From contig CAZDIA010000008.1 in NCBI GenBank assembly GCA_964505385.1, positions 18,658 to 82,657 on the forward strand: DNA of 64,000 nt, in the 5' to 3' direction. The position numbers and the translations under genes are program-made. The notes beneath the pieces were generated by a model. That model ran no database searches, was not told the origin of the DNA, and saw nothing but the letters and a program-made list of their open reading frames with translations. Shown here piece by piece: positions 1-8,869 of this stretch. Position 1 is the first letter of the stretch. Each line of letters opens with the position of its first letter. Source of the DNA: an uncultured Chitinophagales bacterium. GTDB taxonomy: Bacteria; Bacteroidota; Rhodothermia; Balneolales; Natronogracilivirgulaceae.

Positions 1-631
1 CTGCCGATCCATTTGTACACCAAAGTTTTTCACCGGTGATGTAGTAATACTTACCGTCTTCACTTGGTTCAGCATAGGTTTTCATCCTGGCCGGATCGGA
101 ACCAACGGCAGGTTCAGTCAAGGCAAATGCAGAAATGGCACCCTCTGTAAGCATGGGGAAATATTTTTCCTTCTGCTGCTGAGTACCGAAATACTTAAGT
201 GGTTGTGGTACTCCAATACTTTGATGAGCCGACACCCAGGCACTTAACGACCCGCAATGGCTGGTTACCAGCTCTGCAACTTTCGCAAATGCCTGTTGAC
301 TGAATCCTTTACCGCCATATTCTTTGGGAAGCTTCAAGTTAAACAGCCCCATCTTTTTAAGATCGTCGATTATCTTTTTGGGGATTTTACCTTTGCGGTC
401 GATTTCATCAGCGTCATAATTTTTGGACAGGTAGTCTTCCAACTTTTTAAGAAACTCATCAACCTCTTTTTTCTCCTCACCCTTTAAATCTGTAAAAGGC
501 AAAATAGCAGAAGCATCAAAATACCCCATGAAAAGTTGGCCTGTAAATGAGGGCTTCTTCCAATCGGATTCTCGTGATTCTTCCGCAACATTGCGGGATT
601 CATCACCTTGTTGTGTTTTGTGAGTGCTCAT
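1..631 (-). CDS. acyl-CoA dehydrogenase, VLCAD/ACAD9-like (N-terminal part; the rest of the gene lies beyond the window start)
   Basis: Reverse-strand translation from ATG at 631-629 reads MSTHKTQQGDESRNVAEESRESDWKKPSFTGQLFMGYFD...LPKEYGGKGFSQQAFAKVAELV...AHQSIGVPQPLKYFGTQQQKEKYFPMLTEGAISAFALTEPAVGSDPARM...GEKLWCTNGSA. These are typical ACAD N-terminal and middle-domain motifs. The ORF is open to position 1, so it is missing from the ORF track. Confidence 0.85.
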   Translation of the reverse strand, partial: MSTHKTQQGDESRNVAEESRESDWKKPSFTGQLFMGYFDASAILPFTDLKGEEKKEVDEFLKKLEDYLSKNYDADEIDRKGKIPKKIIDDLKKMGLFNLKLPKEYGGKGFSQQAFAKVAELVTSHCGSLSAWVSAHQSIGVPQPLKYFGTQQQKEKYFPMLTEGAISAFALTEPAVGSDPARMKTYAEPSEDGKYYYITGEKLWCTNGSA

Positions 632-656
632 AATGATTTTTCTTTTAGTGTGAATT

Positions 657-1394
657 CTAATATTCCTCTCTGGCCAGGATATTTAAATCCTTATAACCCA
701 AGACATCACGCAAAGCTTTTTCAACAAACTCAATATGCTCATTTACTGCTCTGCGTGCTCCCTCGGCATCCATCGCTTCAATGGCATCGACGATTTGATG
801 TAGCTGCTGCAAAATGACATCTCTGGTATGCGGCAATTGTTGCAGTTTCACTCTGGAAAAAGGCAGCGCAGAGCGGCTTAAATCCCCGATTGAATCCATT
901 ATATGAGTGAAAAGCGTATTGTGCGAGGTACGGGAAAGATTTTTGAAAAATCTTCCGTACGCTTTCTCTACTTCTTCATCCAGGTTTTCATCCCGATAGG
1001 AATTCTCAAGAAAATCAAGGATTTCCTTAAAATCCTTTAGCTCACTTTCGGTTCTGCGTATGGCCGCAAGTTCGGCAGCGCCGGCTTCCACATGCTTACG
1101 AACTTCCAACAATTCCCACAGCTTATTCTGATCAAAAGAGAGCAGGTGGTGCAGGGGTGCTCCTATAGGATCACCGGAAACGGTCCGCACGTAACTGCCA
1201 CTTCTTGGCCGGATTTCTATGATTCCCCGGCTCTGCAATTGACCAAGCGCTTCCCGGATTGTTGAACGGCTGACCCGGAATTTTCGGGCAAGCATCATTT
1301 CAGAAGGAAGCTTATCACCCGGTTTAAACTTCCTGCTTTTGATCATTTCCAAAAGCTTACCAAATATGCGATCTTGTATACTTTGATTTTCCAT
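657..1394 (-). CDS. GntR-family transcriptional regulator, FadR/FCD subfamily
   Basis: N-terminal winged-HTH motif KLPSEMMLARKFRVSRSTIREALGQLQSRGIIEIRPRSGSYV followed by an all-helical FCD-like C-terminal domain. It lies 25 nt upstream of, and co-directional with, the ACAD gene. Confidence 0.9.
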   Translation of the reverse strand: MENQSIQDRIFGKLLEMIKSRKFKPGDKLPSEMMLARKFRVSRSTIREALGQLQSRGIIEIRPRSGSYVRTVSGDPIGAPLHHLLSFDQNKLWELLEVRKHVEAGAAELAAIRRTESELKDFKEILDFLENSYRDENLDEEVEKAYGRFFKNLSRTSHNTLFTHIMDSIGDLSRSALPFSRVKLQQLPHTRDVILQQLHQIVDAIEAMDAEGARRAVNEHIEFVEKALRDVLGYKDLNILAREEY

Positions 1395-1404
1395 ACATTA
1401 CATC

Positions 1405-1415
1405 TGGTCTGACCA
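1405..1415. promoter_or_regulatory. Candidate FadR/GntR operator (palindrome TGGTC-T-GACCA) in the regulator's own leader
   Basis: Perfect 5+1+5 palindrome within ATCTGGTCTGACCAATT, 11-21 nt upstream of the GntR start codon. It sits between that start and a TAnnTTTG-like box (TACGTTTG on the minus strand, 1423-1430). The half-site arrangement CTGGT-N3-ACCA matches the E. coli fadB FadR operator as I recall it. Confidence 0.45.
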
Positions 1416-1743
1416 ATTATACCAAACGTAACGAATATGCATGGAAATTTTGTATCAAACAAGCGCTTACGGGAAAAAGCTACTCAATTAGTCTGATCAG
1501 ATTTTAAGCTAAATTCTCACCCAAACGAAACCAACAGCTCCTTCAATAACTCTCTTATTTTCTTAAATTCTTGACTTCTTAAAATCTTTAACAGGGGATG
1601 CGGAGAAAATAAAATTCTACTGATCAAAAATGGCAGAAATAAAATTTTAGCGCCTGACAGGATATGATTTATTCATGACAGATTAATAAAGTCCCGTTAT
1701 GTAAGACGTACAGAACAAAAATCAGATTTGCTTAACACAGCCG

Positions 1744-1929
1744 TCATCTTGATGGCATTATGAGCCATAAAACCAAATAGATAATAATCGGTGAACCTAC
1801 CCCAAAAACAACGAGTATCAGCCAAATTACTCTAACGATTGTCGGGTCCCATCCAAAAAATTCGGCGATTCCACCGCAAACACCGCCGAGTATTGCATCA
1901 TCTGATCGTGTAAGTCTTCTGCTTGCCAT
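1744..1929 (-). CDS. PspC domain-containing small membrane protein
   Basis: 61 aa; GGVCGGIAEFFGWDPTIVRVIWLILVVFGVGSPIIIYLVLWLIMP is the canonical PspC-domain motif. Confidence 0.8.
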   Translation of the reverse strand: MASRRLTRSDDAILGGVCGGIAEFFGWDPTIVRVIWLILVVFGVGSPIIIYLVLWLIMPSR

Positions 1930-2166
1930 AGTGTGCCTCCAGTTTTGTTTTTTAGTTTTGCTATACGGTTTTAAGGCGATGTTGTTTCAATATTCACTAT
2001 TAACGATAATATTAATTCCTGACGAACCGGGTGGTGTCGGGAACGCAGTACCCGGTAACAACAGAAGTGAAACTTTTATATATTAATTCATTCAGGCATA
2101 TTGAAATTTACTTTACTTTTGATTAAGGTTTATAAAGTAAATACAAATTTTTATCAGGATGTAATT

Positions 2167-3306
2167 ATGAGCCCATTAAAATTACTTTTATTAGCTATTC
2201 TTGCATATACATTGAGTTGGTTTGTGGGTTGTCAATCAGAGCAGAAGAGTGAAGTCCATAATTCGAACCAGATTGAAGAAGCTGAGATTTTTGACACAAC
2301 AGAAATTTTACGAATTGAGGAAAATGAAGACCGTTTATTTTCAGCCCTCAATCATCTTCATGTAACAGATGAAGAGCATTTGCTATTTGTTGATGCCGGA
2401 CAGCAATTTATCTATTATTTTGATATGGAAGGTAATATGCTGCAAAAATTTGGAGGTGAAGGCAGCGGCCCGGGTGAATTTGAACGTATCGGTGAAGTAG
2501 TGTTGAGAAATGATGAATTGCTGGTTTATGATTTAAACCAAATGCGTGCTACAATATTCGCCCGTGATGAACACGTAAACTGGGCATTTAAAGAGGATCA
2601 GAGCGGAATGAACATTTCTTTAGGCCGTTTTAATACCTTGTGGCAAAGATTACATGGCGGTAATGTTTTATACTATGAGCGCACAACAATGGACAGCCCC
2701 CCTGCTTCTGCTGAAATCCTGGAAAGCAATATCCAATACCATATTGCTGATTCTGATTTTAATCAGATACAAAATGAAGTTCTTACCAGGAAATCCTCAG
2801 GTGCAATCATCAGACCATTTGATGGGGGTGGCATTCAGGTTTTTGAATATGAATATGGTCAAAATGAAGTCCTTGAGGTTTGCCCCAAAGGTTATATCTA
2901 CACCGGTCATAATGATGAGCTGACGATTTACCGCATCGATTCCAATCTGGATACGCTCACCGTTTTTAATGCCCCGAGAGATCCTCTACCCTTATCTCAG
3001 AAAACTAAAGACGATTTATCCGGAGGAGATTCTGAAATTAAATCCTTATTGCCGGACTATAAACCTGTTTTTCGGGAACTGTTTATTTCCGACCACAATG
3101 ATGTGTGGGTGGAAATATTTACTTCCGAAGACGAACCCAATTGGATTATTTTTGACGAAAAAGGTCAGTTAAGCGGTCGTTTTTCTCTGGATGAAAAATA
3201 TACGGTACACTCCATCCGAGGAAATCAATTATACACCATTAGTGAAGATGAGGACGGATTGCCTACGGTATCTGTACTTGAAGTTGACCGCAACACTTCG
3301 CTTTAA
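2167..3306 (+). CDS. 6-bladed beta-propeller-type lipoprotein (uncharacterised)
   Basis: The ATG at 2167 gives the lipoprotein signal MSPLKLLLLAILAYTLSWFVGCQ. GEGSGPGEF and repeated strand-rich segments resemble the BF3164-like 6-bladed propeller family. The ORF-track start at 2101 is a TTG codon with no signal peptide and is less likely. Confidence 0.6.
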   Translation: MSPLKLLLLAILAYTLSWFVGCQSEQKSEVHNSNQIEEAEIFDTTEILRIEENEDRLFSALNHLHVTDEEHLLFVDAGQQFIYYFDMEGNMLQKFGGEGSGPGEFERIGEVVLRNDELLVYDLNQMRATIFARDEHVNWAFKEDQSGMNISLGRFNTLWQRLHGGNVLYYERTTMDSPPASAEILESNIQYHIADSDFNQIQNEVLTRKSSGAIIRPFDGGGIQVFEYEYGQNEVLEVCPKGYIYTGHNDELTIYRIDSNLDTLTVFNAPRDPLPLSQKTKDDLSGGDSEIKSLLPDYKPVFRELFISDHNDVWVEIFTSEDEPNWIIFDEKGQLSGRFSLDEKYTVHSIRGNQLYTISEDEDGLPTVSVLEVDRNTSL

Positions 3307-3971
3307 AACCGGAAGCCAAGATTAAGTGAAGCTCCCTGATTCCGGATGCTATCTTCATCATGAATACCGGTATCCAGAAAACCCCAATTGTATCGCAGAT
3401 CGATCGTTAGCGCAAAATTGCGAAAATGCTGAATCCCGCCGATACCGACAGTTGCGCCGAAGTCAAACAGTCCCGGCTCCTCTTCAAACATCTCTTCCAT
3501 CTCCTCCGGCATTTCATCGATATCGAGTTCTCCGTCAATACCGAAGCTTAAAGTGGGACCTAGAAAAACTTGGGGAACAAACTCGGAGTGAAGTTCAAAT
3601 GAATAAATAATGGGATAAAATGTTTCAATGTATTCACTTCTGTAACTGAAATCATACACTTCAGTTTCTCCGTTATTCTCATCCACTATCTCATCATCCA
3701 CGACGAATCCTTTTTGATTATATGTCACCTGCGGCCTGAACACAAATTCCGGGGCAAGATGTCTTTCCAGAGTCATTCCGGCGGAAAAACCTATTAGCGG
3801 ATCAGCGGACAACCCATTGGGCACATGATTGACTGTGGCATTATTTACCCCACCAATAAATCCGGGAATCCATCCACGTTCTCTTTCAGGAAAAGCATCA
3901 GCTTCAACGGCAGTGACCATCATTAAAGTCAATGTTGCTATAAGGGATAACAAATAAGTTCTTATCATCAT
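3303..3971 (-). CDS. outer-membrane beta-barrel (porin-family) protein
   Basis: Signal peptide MMIRTYLLSLIATLTLMMVTAVEADA, alternating amphipathic strands and a C-terminal LNLGFRF (terminal Phe OMP signature). Confidence 0.7.
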   Translation of the reverse strand: MMIRTYLLSLIATLTLMMVTAVEADAFPERERGWIPGFIGGVNNATVNHVPNGLSADPLIGFSAGMTLERHLAPEFVFRPQVTYNQKGFVVDDEIVDENNGETEVYDFSYRSEYIETFYPIIYSFELHSEFVPQVFLGPTLSFGIDGELDIDEMPEEMEEMFEEEPGLFDFGATVGIGGIQHFRNFALTIDLRYNWGFLDTGIHDEDSIRNQGASLNLGFRF

Positions 3972-4211
3972 AAAATCACATTATAATTTGCAATAGCTTA
4001 GCTTTCCCAAAGATTACTCTCCCAGCCCTGTATAAATTGTACGACTGATAAAATTTTTTCAAAAAAATTACTCCGATTATTCTACCGAATTTTTACTTGT
4101 CTGCCAAAATAAGTTTATAGAGTTCAATTCACTAATAAAAAGACCCACAGTCGGTATCAAAGTTTACAACTGATAACTTTCAGAATAATTGATTTTTTTC
4201 TTCCGACAGAG

Positions 4212-4243
4212 TTGACAAATACACCTTACCAGCTTTATATTTG
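4212..4243 (+). promoter_or_regulatory. Putative promoter of tRNA-Asn (TTGACA ... TATATTTG)
   Basis: TTGACA at 4212-4217 and TATATTTG at 4236-4243. The latter matches the Bacteroidota -7 consensus TAnnTTTG. The pair lies about 80 nt upstream of the tRNA. Confidence 0.45.
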
Positions 4244-4321
4244 GATTCTGTGAATGAAGGGAAACCACCTGTTAGGTACCTGTTTCTGATACCTAAACCT
4301 GATCATTCACTTAAAATTTAT

Positions 4322-4393
4322 TCCTCCGTAGCTCAATGGCAGAGCACTCGGCTGTTAACCGAGTGGTTGTTGGTTCGAATCCAACCGGGGGAG
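4322..4393 (+). tRNA. tRNA-Asn (anticodon GTT)
   Basis: Hand-folded cloverleaf. Acceptor TCCTCCG/CGGGGGA; D arm GCTC-AATGGCA-GAGC; anticodon stem CTCGG/CCGAG with loop CTGTTAA; T arm GTTGG-TTCGAAT-CCAAC. CCA is not encoded. Confidence 0.93.
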
Positions 4394-4401
4394 CATAACT
4401 C

Positions 4402-4438
4402 AAAGGGCTGTAAGTATTTATTCTTGCAGCCCTTTTTT
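4402..4438 (+). terminator. Rho-independent terminator after tRNA-Asn
   Basis: AAAGGGCTG / CAGCCCTTT stem followed by a T-run (4433-4438). Confidence 0.75.
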
Positions 4439-4531
4439 ATTTTCCTACAATCACTGATTGAGAGCCATATAAACTAGTGATAAGAATTTGAGACAATCCA
4501 CAATATTGAGCTGAATTGCTTTTTACATACA

Positions 4532-6961
4532 CTAATTGCCCATCTCCGGCAGGATTTCCACTTCGTCTAATTCAAAAGCGTGACCCGCTTCCACTCTGTC
4601 GATATCTTCAGACCAGATATGCAGTCCTTCAAGAACGTCTGCATCCGGATAGGAATCACGGATAGCTCTGGCATCTAGATGGATGGTATGCCATTCACCA
4701 TCATCGATAAGTTGCGGTAATTCAGGATTTTCTTCTGCTCTTGAAGAAGACGGACTTGTGGCCAGCCATGCATCACGATTCCGGTCCGCCGGTGTAAGAA
4801 AAGCATTTACATAGACACCGACCGGAGTCCCCGGTTCAATCCGGTAGCGTATCCGGATTTGCGGATGTTTATCCACAAACCAGTTTTCGGGATAGATCCT
4901 TGCCGGCAAATGATATTCATCCTCTTCAGCATATACACGCAGCCAACCGGTGCCAAGTTCCAGCCCCTCTTGCGGTGTGATTGCCCGGTTATCTCCACCC
5001 GGGTTGCTTTGCGGCGGCGGCATCTCCCGGTCATCCCCGAGCACCAATAAACGTTCCCAACTTACAGGTGGCGGACGGTAAGTCTGCCAGCGCCACCACC
5101 AATCTTTATCATCTATTCCGAAGTCATTACTAATCAGAGGAGCCGTTGTATCCGCCGGTTCTTTTACATCCACTAACCCTACTCCCCGGAAAACTTCACC
5201 TTCCCGGTTTTCTACACGAACCCGCACCGGATAATCGTAAGCCTCATCATACTTGTGAATGATGCCTTTTGCCCCCGTTACAAGTGTTCCGTCACCCAAT
5301 TGCCAGGTGATGGAACGCACATCAGTGATGCCCCGCTTTACCAGCTCCAGTTCAACGCGTTCACCGGTTTCAACTTCAAATGGAGTTGAGCGAATTTCTA
5401 CAGATGGCCTTCCGCCACCGTGCTCATAAACTCCGATATCGGGATTTGCATTACTCCAGGGCAAGCTCACCGGGTCACCCTCCTCCCAACTGATCTGACG
5501 GTCAAGCTCAAGCTCTCCTTCTTCGTAATTGATGGCAACCACTTTAGCCTGCTGTTGATTTTCACCAACATAAATTGAATCTCCGGTTTCTCCCGGAATG
5601 GAAAATCCATCATAAAAATGATATGGATTGTCCACAGTTATGATGTCACTTTCTCCTTCATCCAGCGCGTAGGTTAACGGAGTGCCACTGTCCATAAGAC
5701 CGCTATTTTTATGCAGGCTTAATTGGTAATTTTTCGCATCAGTAAACCCGGGACGTTTATCATGATTATCTTTGAAAACTTCACCAAATCTGTCCGAGAA
5801 ATCTGTTTCCTGAGCACTGTTAACACTGAGCTCTCTTGCACTCCAGTCAATTACACTATTCCAATCAGCTTCAGGACCGAAAAACAGGTTTGAATGAAAA
5901 TTTAAAGCTTGCCCGTTACCTCCGGAAACGCGAAGTTGCGTCCATGAAGCGTGCTGGTCATTTTGGCTATATATATTATTCAGAAAATTCAGATTCTCAG
6001 CATCGGAGCCTCTAACCGCCATACCAAAATGTGCATTATCGTGGAAGACATTATGATATACACTTATGTTGAGAAGGGGTTCACCGCTTATTGCATAAAG
6101 ATGTAGTGGTCCTGAATGGTTGCGGAAAAACTTGTTAAACCGGAATACTCCGCCCTGAACAGCAAATTTTGAAGTCGCGCTGGCTGAACGGGCTCCATTG
6201 TAGGAATTGGCTACAACATTATTTTCGAATAACGCTTTTTCACTTGGAGAGAACGCAAAAGCTCTTCCCCATGCGGCGTGGAACACATTAGCCCTAACCA
6301 CAAGTCTGGAATTTGAATTCGCCGGATGAAATTGCAGCGGAGCATGGCCGGCACGGCTGATGGCATTACCTTCAAAAACCACCTTATCGGAATCTTCGAT
6401 ACGTGCCATATTGAAAGCATTTTTTCGTATAACGGAATCTAAAACCCAAATTTTCCGGCTTTCCGTAATGAGAAAAGGAGTTCCGCCATAACCGTTTTCA
6501 AACAGACAATCTTTTAAAGTGATGTTGGCACTATCCTCCATATACAACCATTGACCTCCACGACTAACCGGATCTACATGGATGCCTTCGATTTTGATAT
6601 GTTCTACCTGATTAAGAATTATTGCGTAGGGTTCCTCGCCTTCCCCTTCAAAAACAACCGTTCGTCGTTCCTCAGCTCTGAAAATTACGGGGTCATCAGA
6701 TGTTCCTGCTGACTGCGGCGCCAATGTTCCCCTGTATCTGCCCGGCAAAAAAAGCACTTCATCACCAGCTTCTGCCATTTCACCGGCGTGTTCGAGTGAA
6801 GCCCAGGGTGCATCTCTGTTGCCCGGATTATCATCGGTTCCATCCGGGCCGACATAATATATTTCACTTCCGGCATAAACATTGCCTTGAAACAAAAGCA
6901 ACACTAACAGCGAAACTGAAAGTAATATCCGGCTTGCGCTATGGGATAGTGCAAATGTCAT
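4532..6961 (-). CDS. secreted right-handed parallel beta-helix protein with PKD domain (putative polysaccharide lyase/hydrolase fold)
   Basis: The start at 6961 gives the signal peptide MTFALSHSASRILLSVSLLVLLLFQGNVYAG (the track start 7018 is also possible). YYVGPDGTDDNPGNRDAPWASLEHAGEMAEAGDEVLFLPGRYRG is a typical pectate-lyase-fold N-terminus, followed by repeated NxxxN beta-helix turns. The PKD-like segment is ITWQLGDGTLVTGAKGIIHKYDEAYDYPVRVRVENREGE. There is no T9SS CTD. Confidence 0.75.
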   Translation of the reverse strand: MTFALSHSASRILLSVSLLVLLLFQGNVYAGSEIYYVGPDGTDDNPGNRDAPWASLEHAGEMAEAGDEVLFLPGRYRGTLAPQSAGTSDDPVIFRAEERRTVVFEGEGEEPYAIILNQVEHIKIEGIHVDPVSRGGQWLYMEDSANITLKDCLFENGYGGTPFLITESRKIWVLDSVIRKNAFNMARIEDSDKVVFEGNAISRAGHAPLQFHPANSNSRLVVRANVFHAAWGRAFAFSPSEKALFENNVVANSYNGARSASATSKFAVQGGVFRFNKFFRNHSGPLHLYAISGEPLLNISVYHNVFHDNAHFGMAVRGSDAENLNFLNNIYSQNDQHASWTQLRVSGGNGQALNFHSNLFFGPEADWNSVIDWSARELSVNSAQETDFSDRFGEVFKDNHDKRPGFTDAKNYQLSLHKNSGLMDSGTPLTYALDEGESDIITVDNPYHFYDGFSIPGETGDSIYVGENQQQAKVVAINYEEGELELDRQISWEEGDPVSLPWSNANPDIGVYEHGGGRPSVEIRSTPFEVETGERVELELVKRGITDVRSITWQLGDGTLVTGAKGIIHKYDEAYDYPVRVRVENREGEVFRGVGLVDVKEPADTTAPLISNDFGIDDKDWWWRWQTYRPPPVSWERLLVLGDDREMPPPQSNPGGDNRAITPQEGLELGTGWLRVYAEEDEYHLPARIYPENWFVDKHPQIRIRYRIEPGTPVGVYVNAFLTPADRNRDAWLATSPSSSRAEENPELPQLIDDGEWHTIHLDARAIRDSYPDADVLEGLHIWSEDIDRVEAGHAFELDEVEILPEMGN

Positions 6962-7169
6962 CCGGCCCGGCTTGTCAAAAATGTCAGTTATAAAGAAATG
7001 GTACAATTTGCTATCCATTTTGATGATGAATTATCAGAATATCAAAAGTTTCTATAAAAAACACTTCAGTCCGAGTTCGATTCCAATCAGTATAATTTTA
7101 GAACATCTGCACATATATCGAGGCTATACCGGCTTATTATGTTGATATGTCTTCGAATCTGATCATTTT

Positions 7170-7391
7170 GGTGAAACTTGCTATTTGTCTAACCACAACG
7201 GGCACAAAGAAGGCACAACGAGCACTACGTTTTATTAAAAATGATTTTTTCGTTGTGTCCGTGGGGTCTCCGTTGTGTTCGTGGTGGTGAAACTTTCTGC
7301 AAGTGCTTAAATTTCCTGATCTACGGTAGGGAGGATAAATGCAATAAATAATATATTAACAATTGCTTACTAAAATCGAGAATAATTTAAA
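7170..7391 (+). repeat. Intergenic repeat family, copy A (canonical orientation)
   Basis: Aligns by eye with 57281-57500 over about 220 nt. This includes identical blocks CACAAAGAAGGCACAACGAGCACTA and GTTTTATTAAAAATGATT. It also aligns with the reverse complement of 54232-54402. It ends at the truA stop codon. Confidence 0.8.
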
Positions 7392-8135
7392 TCAGCCTTC
7401 CGGGTAAATCACTTTTTCCAAAATAAGTCCTTTGGCCGGCGCACCAGCAGCAGGGTTGGGCTGATCACTGTCACCACTCAATAATTGAAGCAATAACTCT
7501 TTCTCCATCCTGCCGCTTGCATAGTGGATGAGAGAGCCGATTATAAAGCGTACCATATGCTTCATAAATCGATCGCCACCAATCCTGACAACCCAAAAGT
7601 GCTCATGAATTTGTTTCAGCTCCGTAAAAGAAATATTACATATACTGGATGAGCGCTCCTCATCAGCAATGCAAAAGAAACGAAAATCATGCTCACCCCT
7701 GAACTCATTAAGCCCCTGTTGAAATAAATCAAAATCTATTCTTTGATATAGATGATAGCTGTAATGCCGGTTGAGAGGATCTTTTCTGTTGGTTATCTGG
7801 TAACGATATTGACGATAACGGGCATCAAAACGAGCATGAAAATCCTGATGCACTTTCCGGGTTTGGGTAATCGCTATATCAGGTGGCAGAAAGCGATTTA
7901 AGCGATGTGTTAAATCTTTTAAATCCGGCTCATCTTCCAGATCAAAATGAAATGGCTGATCTTCCGCGTGAACACCGGTATCGGTGCGGCCGGAACCATA
8001 AATCCTGATTTGTTGCGAAGTAAGTCTGCTCAGCCGGTCTTCAATTACATCCTGAATGGTATTTGCGTGAGGCTGTGTTTGCCAACCTTTATATTGCGAA
8101 CCATCATAAGCCGCATGCATTAATATGCGTGGCAT
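7392..8135 (-). CDS. truA: tRNA pseudouridine(38-40) synthase
   Basis: 247 aa; catalytic motif GSGRTDTGVHA and overall TruA-like sequence (YDGSQYKGWQTQP...). Confidence 0.93.
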   Translation of the reverse strand: MPRILMHAAYDGSQYKGWQTQPHANTIQDVIEDRLSRLTSQQIRIYGSGRTDTGVHAEDQPFHFDLEDEPDLKDLTHRLNRFLPPDIAITQTRKVHQDFHARFDARYRQYRYQITNRKDPLNRHYSYHLYQRIDFDLFQQGLNEFRGEHDFRFFCIADEERSSSICNISFTELKQIHEHFWVVRIGGDRFMKHMVRFIIGSLIHYASGRMEKELLLQLLSGDSDQPNPAAGAPAKGLILEKVIYPEG

Positions 8136-8140
8136 AACAT

Positions 8141-8869
8141 TTAGAAATCGAGACGGAAAGTAGCCTGAACGCTTTTAGTATTTATCTCTGCGGGGCTCAG
8201 ATACATGGATATATTTTCACCACGTTCACGTGCAGCGCTGAAAGCATTTACACCGGCTATCACCCGATTCACTACCATCATCCCCAAAATTGCCGGGGCC
8301 TGTCGTTCAAGATCATCACGGCTGCTGCGCATATCATTATACCGCAGCTTCTTCTCCTCGGATTCCCACTCCCAATAATTTACCTCGGTCTCCTCATAAA
8401 GCTGATCCCAGTTACGGGTTCGCTCCTGAAAATCATTGTACTCGCTCAATGACATATGATCAGAAGCAGCAAGGCGGAAACCACGATCACGATCAGAAAG
8501 ATTAATGCCTGAGTATTGATCACCGAACGTAGCCAGATTTCCTTCGAGCTGGTTGATCCGGTTGTTTACCAACAAGTAGGAAGCAAGCAATGCTACATCC
8601 GCTCCGAGATGCCATTGTCCACGGTTCCAATCGGATGAATCAATAGCGTAATGCCCCCATCCCGGCAGCACAAACGATCGCAGTAAAGCGCCGCCGGGTG
8701 ATACATCGGTGCCGGCTTCTCCGGAAGTGGTAAACTCCTCAGCTGATGAATTCATAGCATCAGATTGATGCGGAATTCCGGCACCTGCAATGAAAAACAA
8801 CAAGCCGGCAATTAAAAATAATGCATTAGGTTTCTTCAAATTCCTGTTCCGGTTTTGATGCAGTTCCAT
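8141..8869 (-). CDS. hypothetical secreted/membrane protein (cysteine-free), overlaps the ccmF 3-prime end
   Basis: Long ORF with N-terminal hydrophobic segment ALFLIAGLLFFIAGAG. Motif LPGWGHY resembles DUF5683-type proteins. It ends in FRLDF. It overlaps ccmF by 44 nt and lies 6 nt upstream of truA. Confidence 0.55.
   Translation of the reverse strand: MELHQNRNRNLKKPNALFLIAGLLFFIAGAGIPHQSDAMNSSAEEFTTSGEAGTDVSPGGALLRSFVLPGWGHYAIDSSDWNRGQWHLGADVALLASYLLVNNRINQLEGNLATFGDQYSGINLSDRDRGFRLAASDHMSLSEYNDFQERTRNWDQLYEETEVNYWEWESEEKKLRYNDMRSSRDDLERQAPAILGMMVVNRVIAGVNAFSAARERGENISMYLSPAEINTKSVQATFRLDF

Noticed and set aside
257-817. ORFs 257-487(+) and 608-817(+)
   Set aside because: They are antisense to the acyl-CoA dehydrogenase and GntR genes, which carry clear family motifs.
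4241-4477. 78-aa ORF spanning the tRNA-Asn gene
   Set aside because: It overlaps a well-folded tRNA and its terminator on the same strand, with no coding features.
4322-7018. tRNA-Asn as an integration site for a genomic island
   Set aside because: There is no integrase, no direct repeat of the tRNA 3-prime end that I could find in the window, and the downstream gene is an ordinary secreted beta-helix protein.
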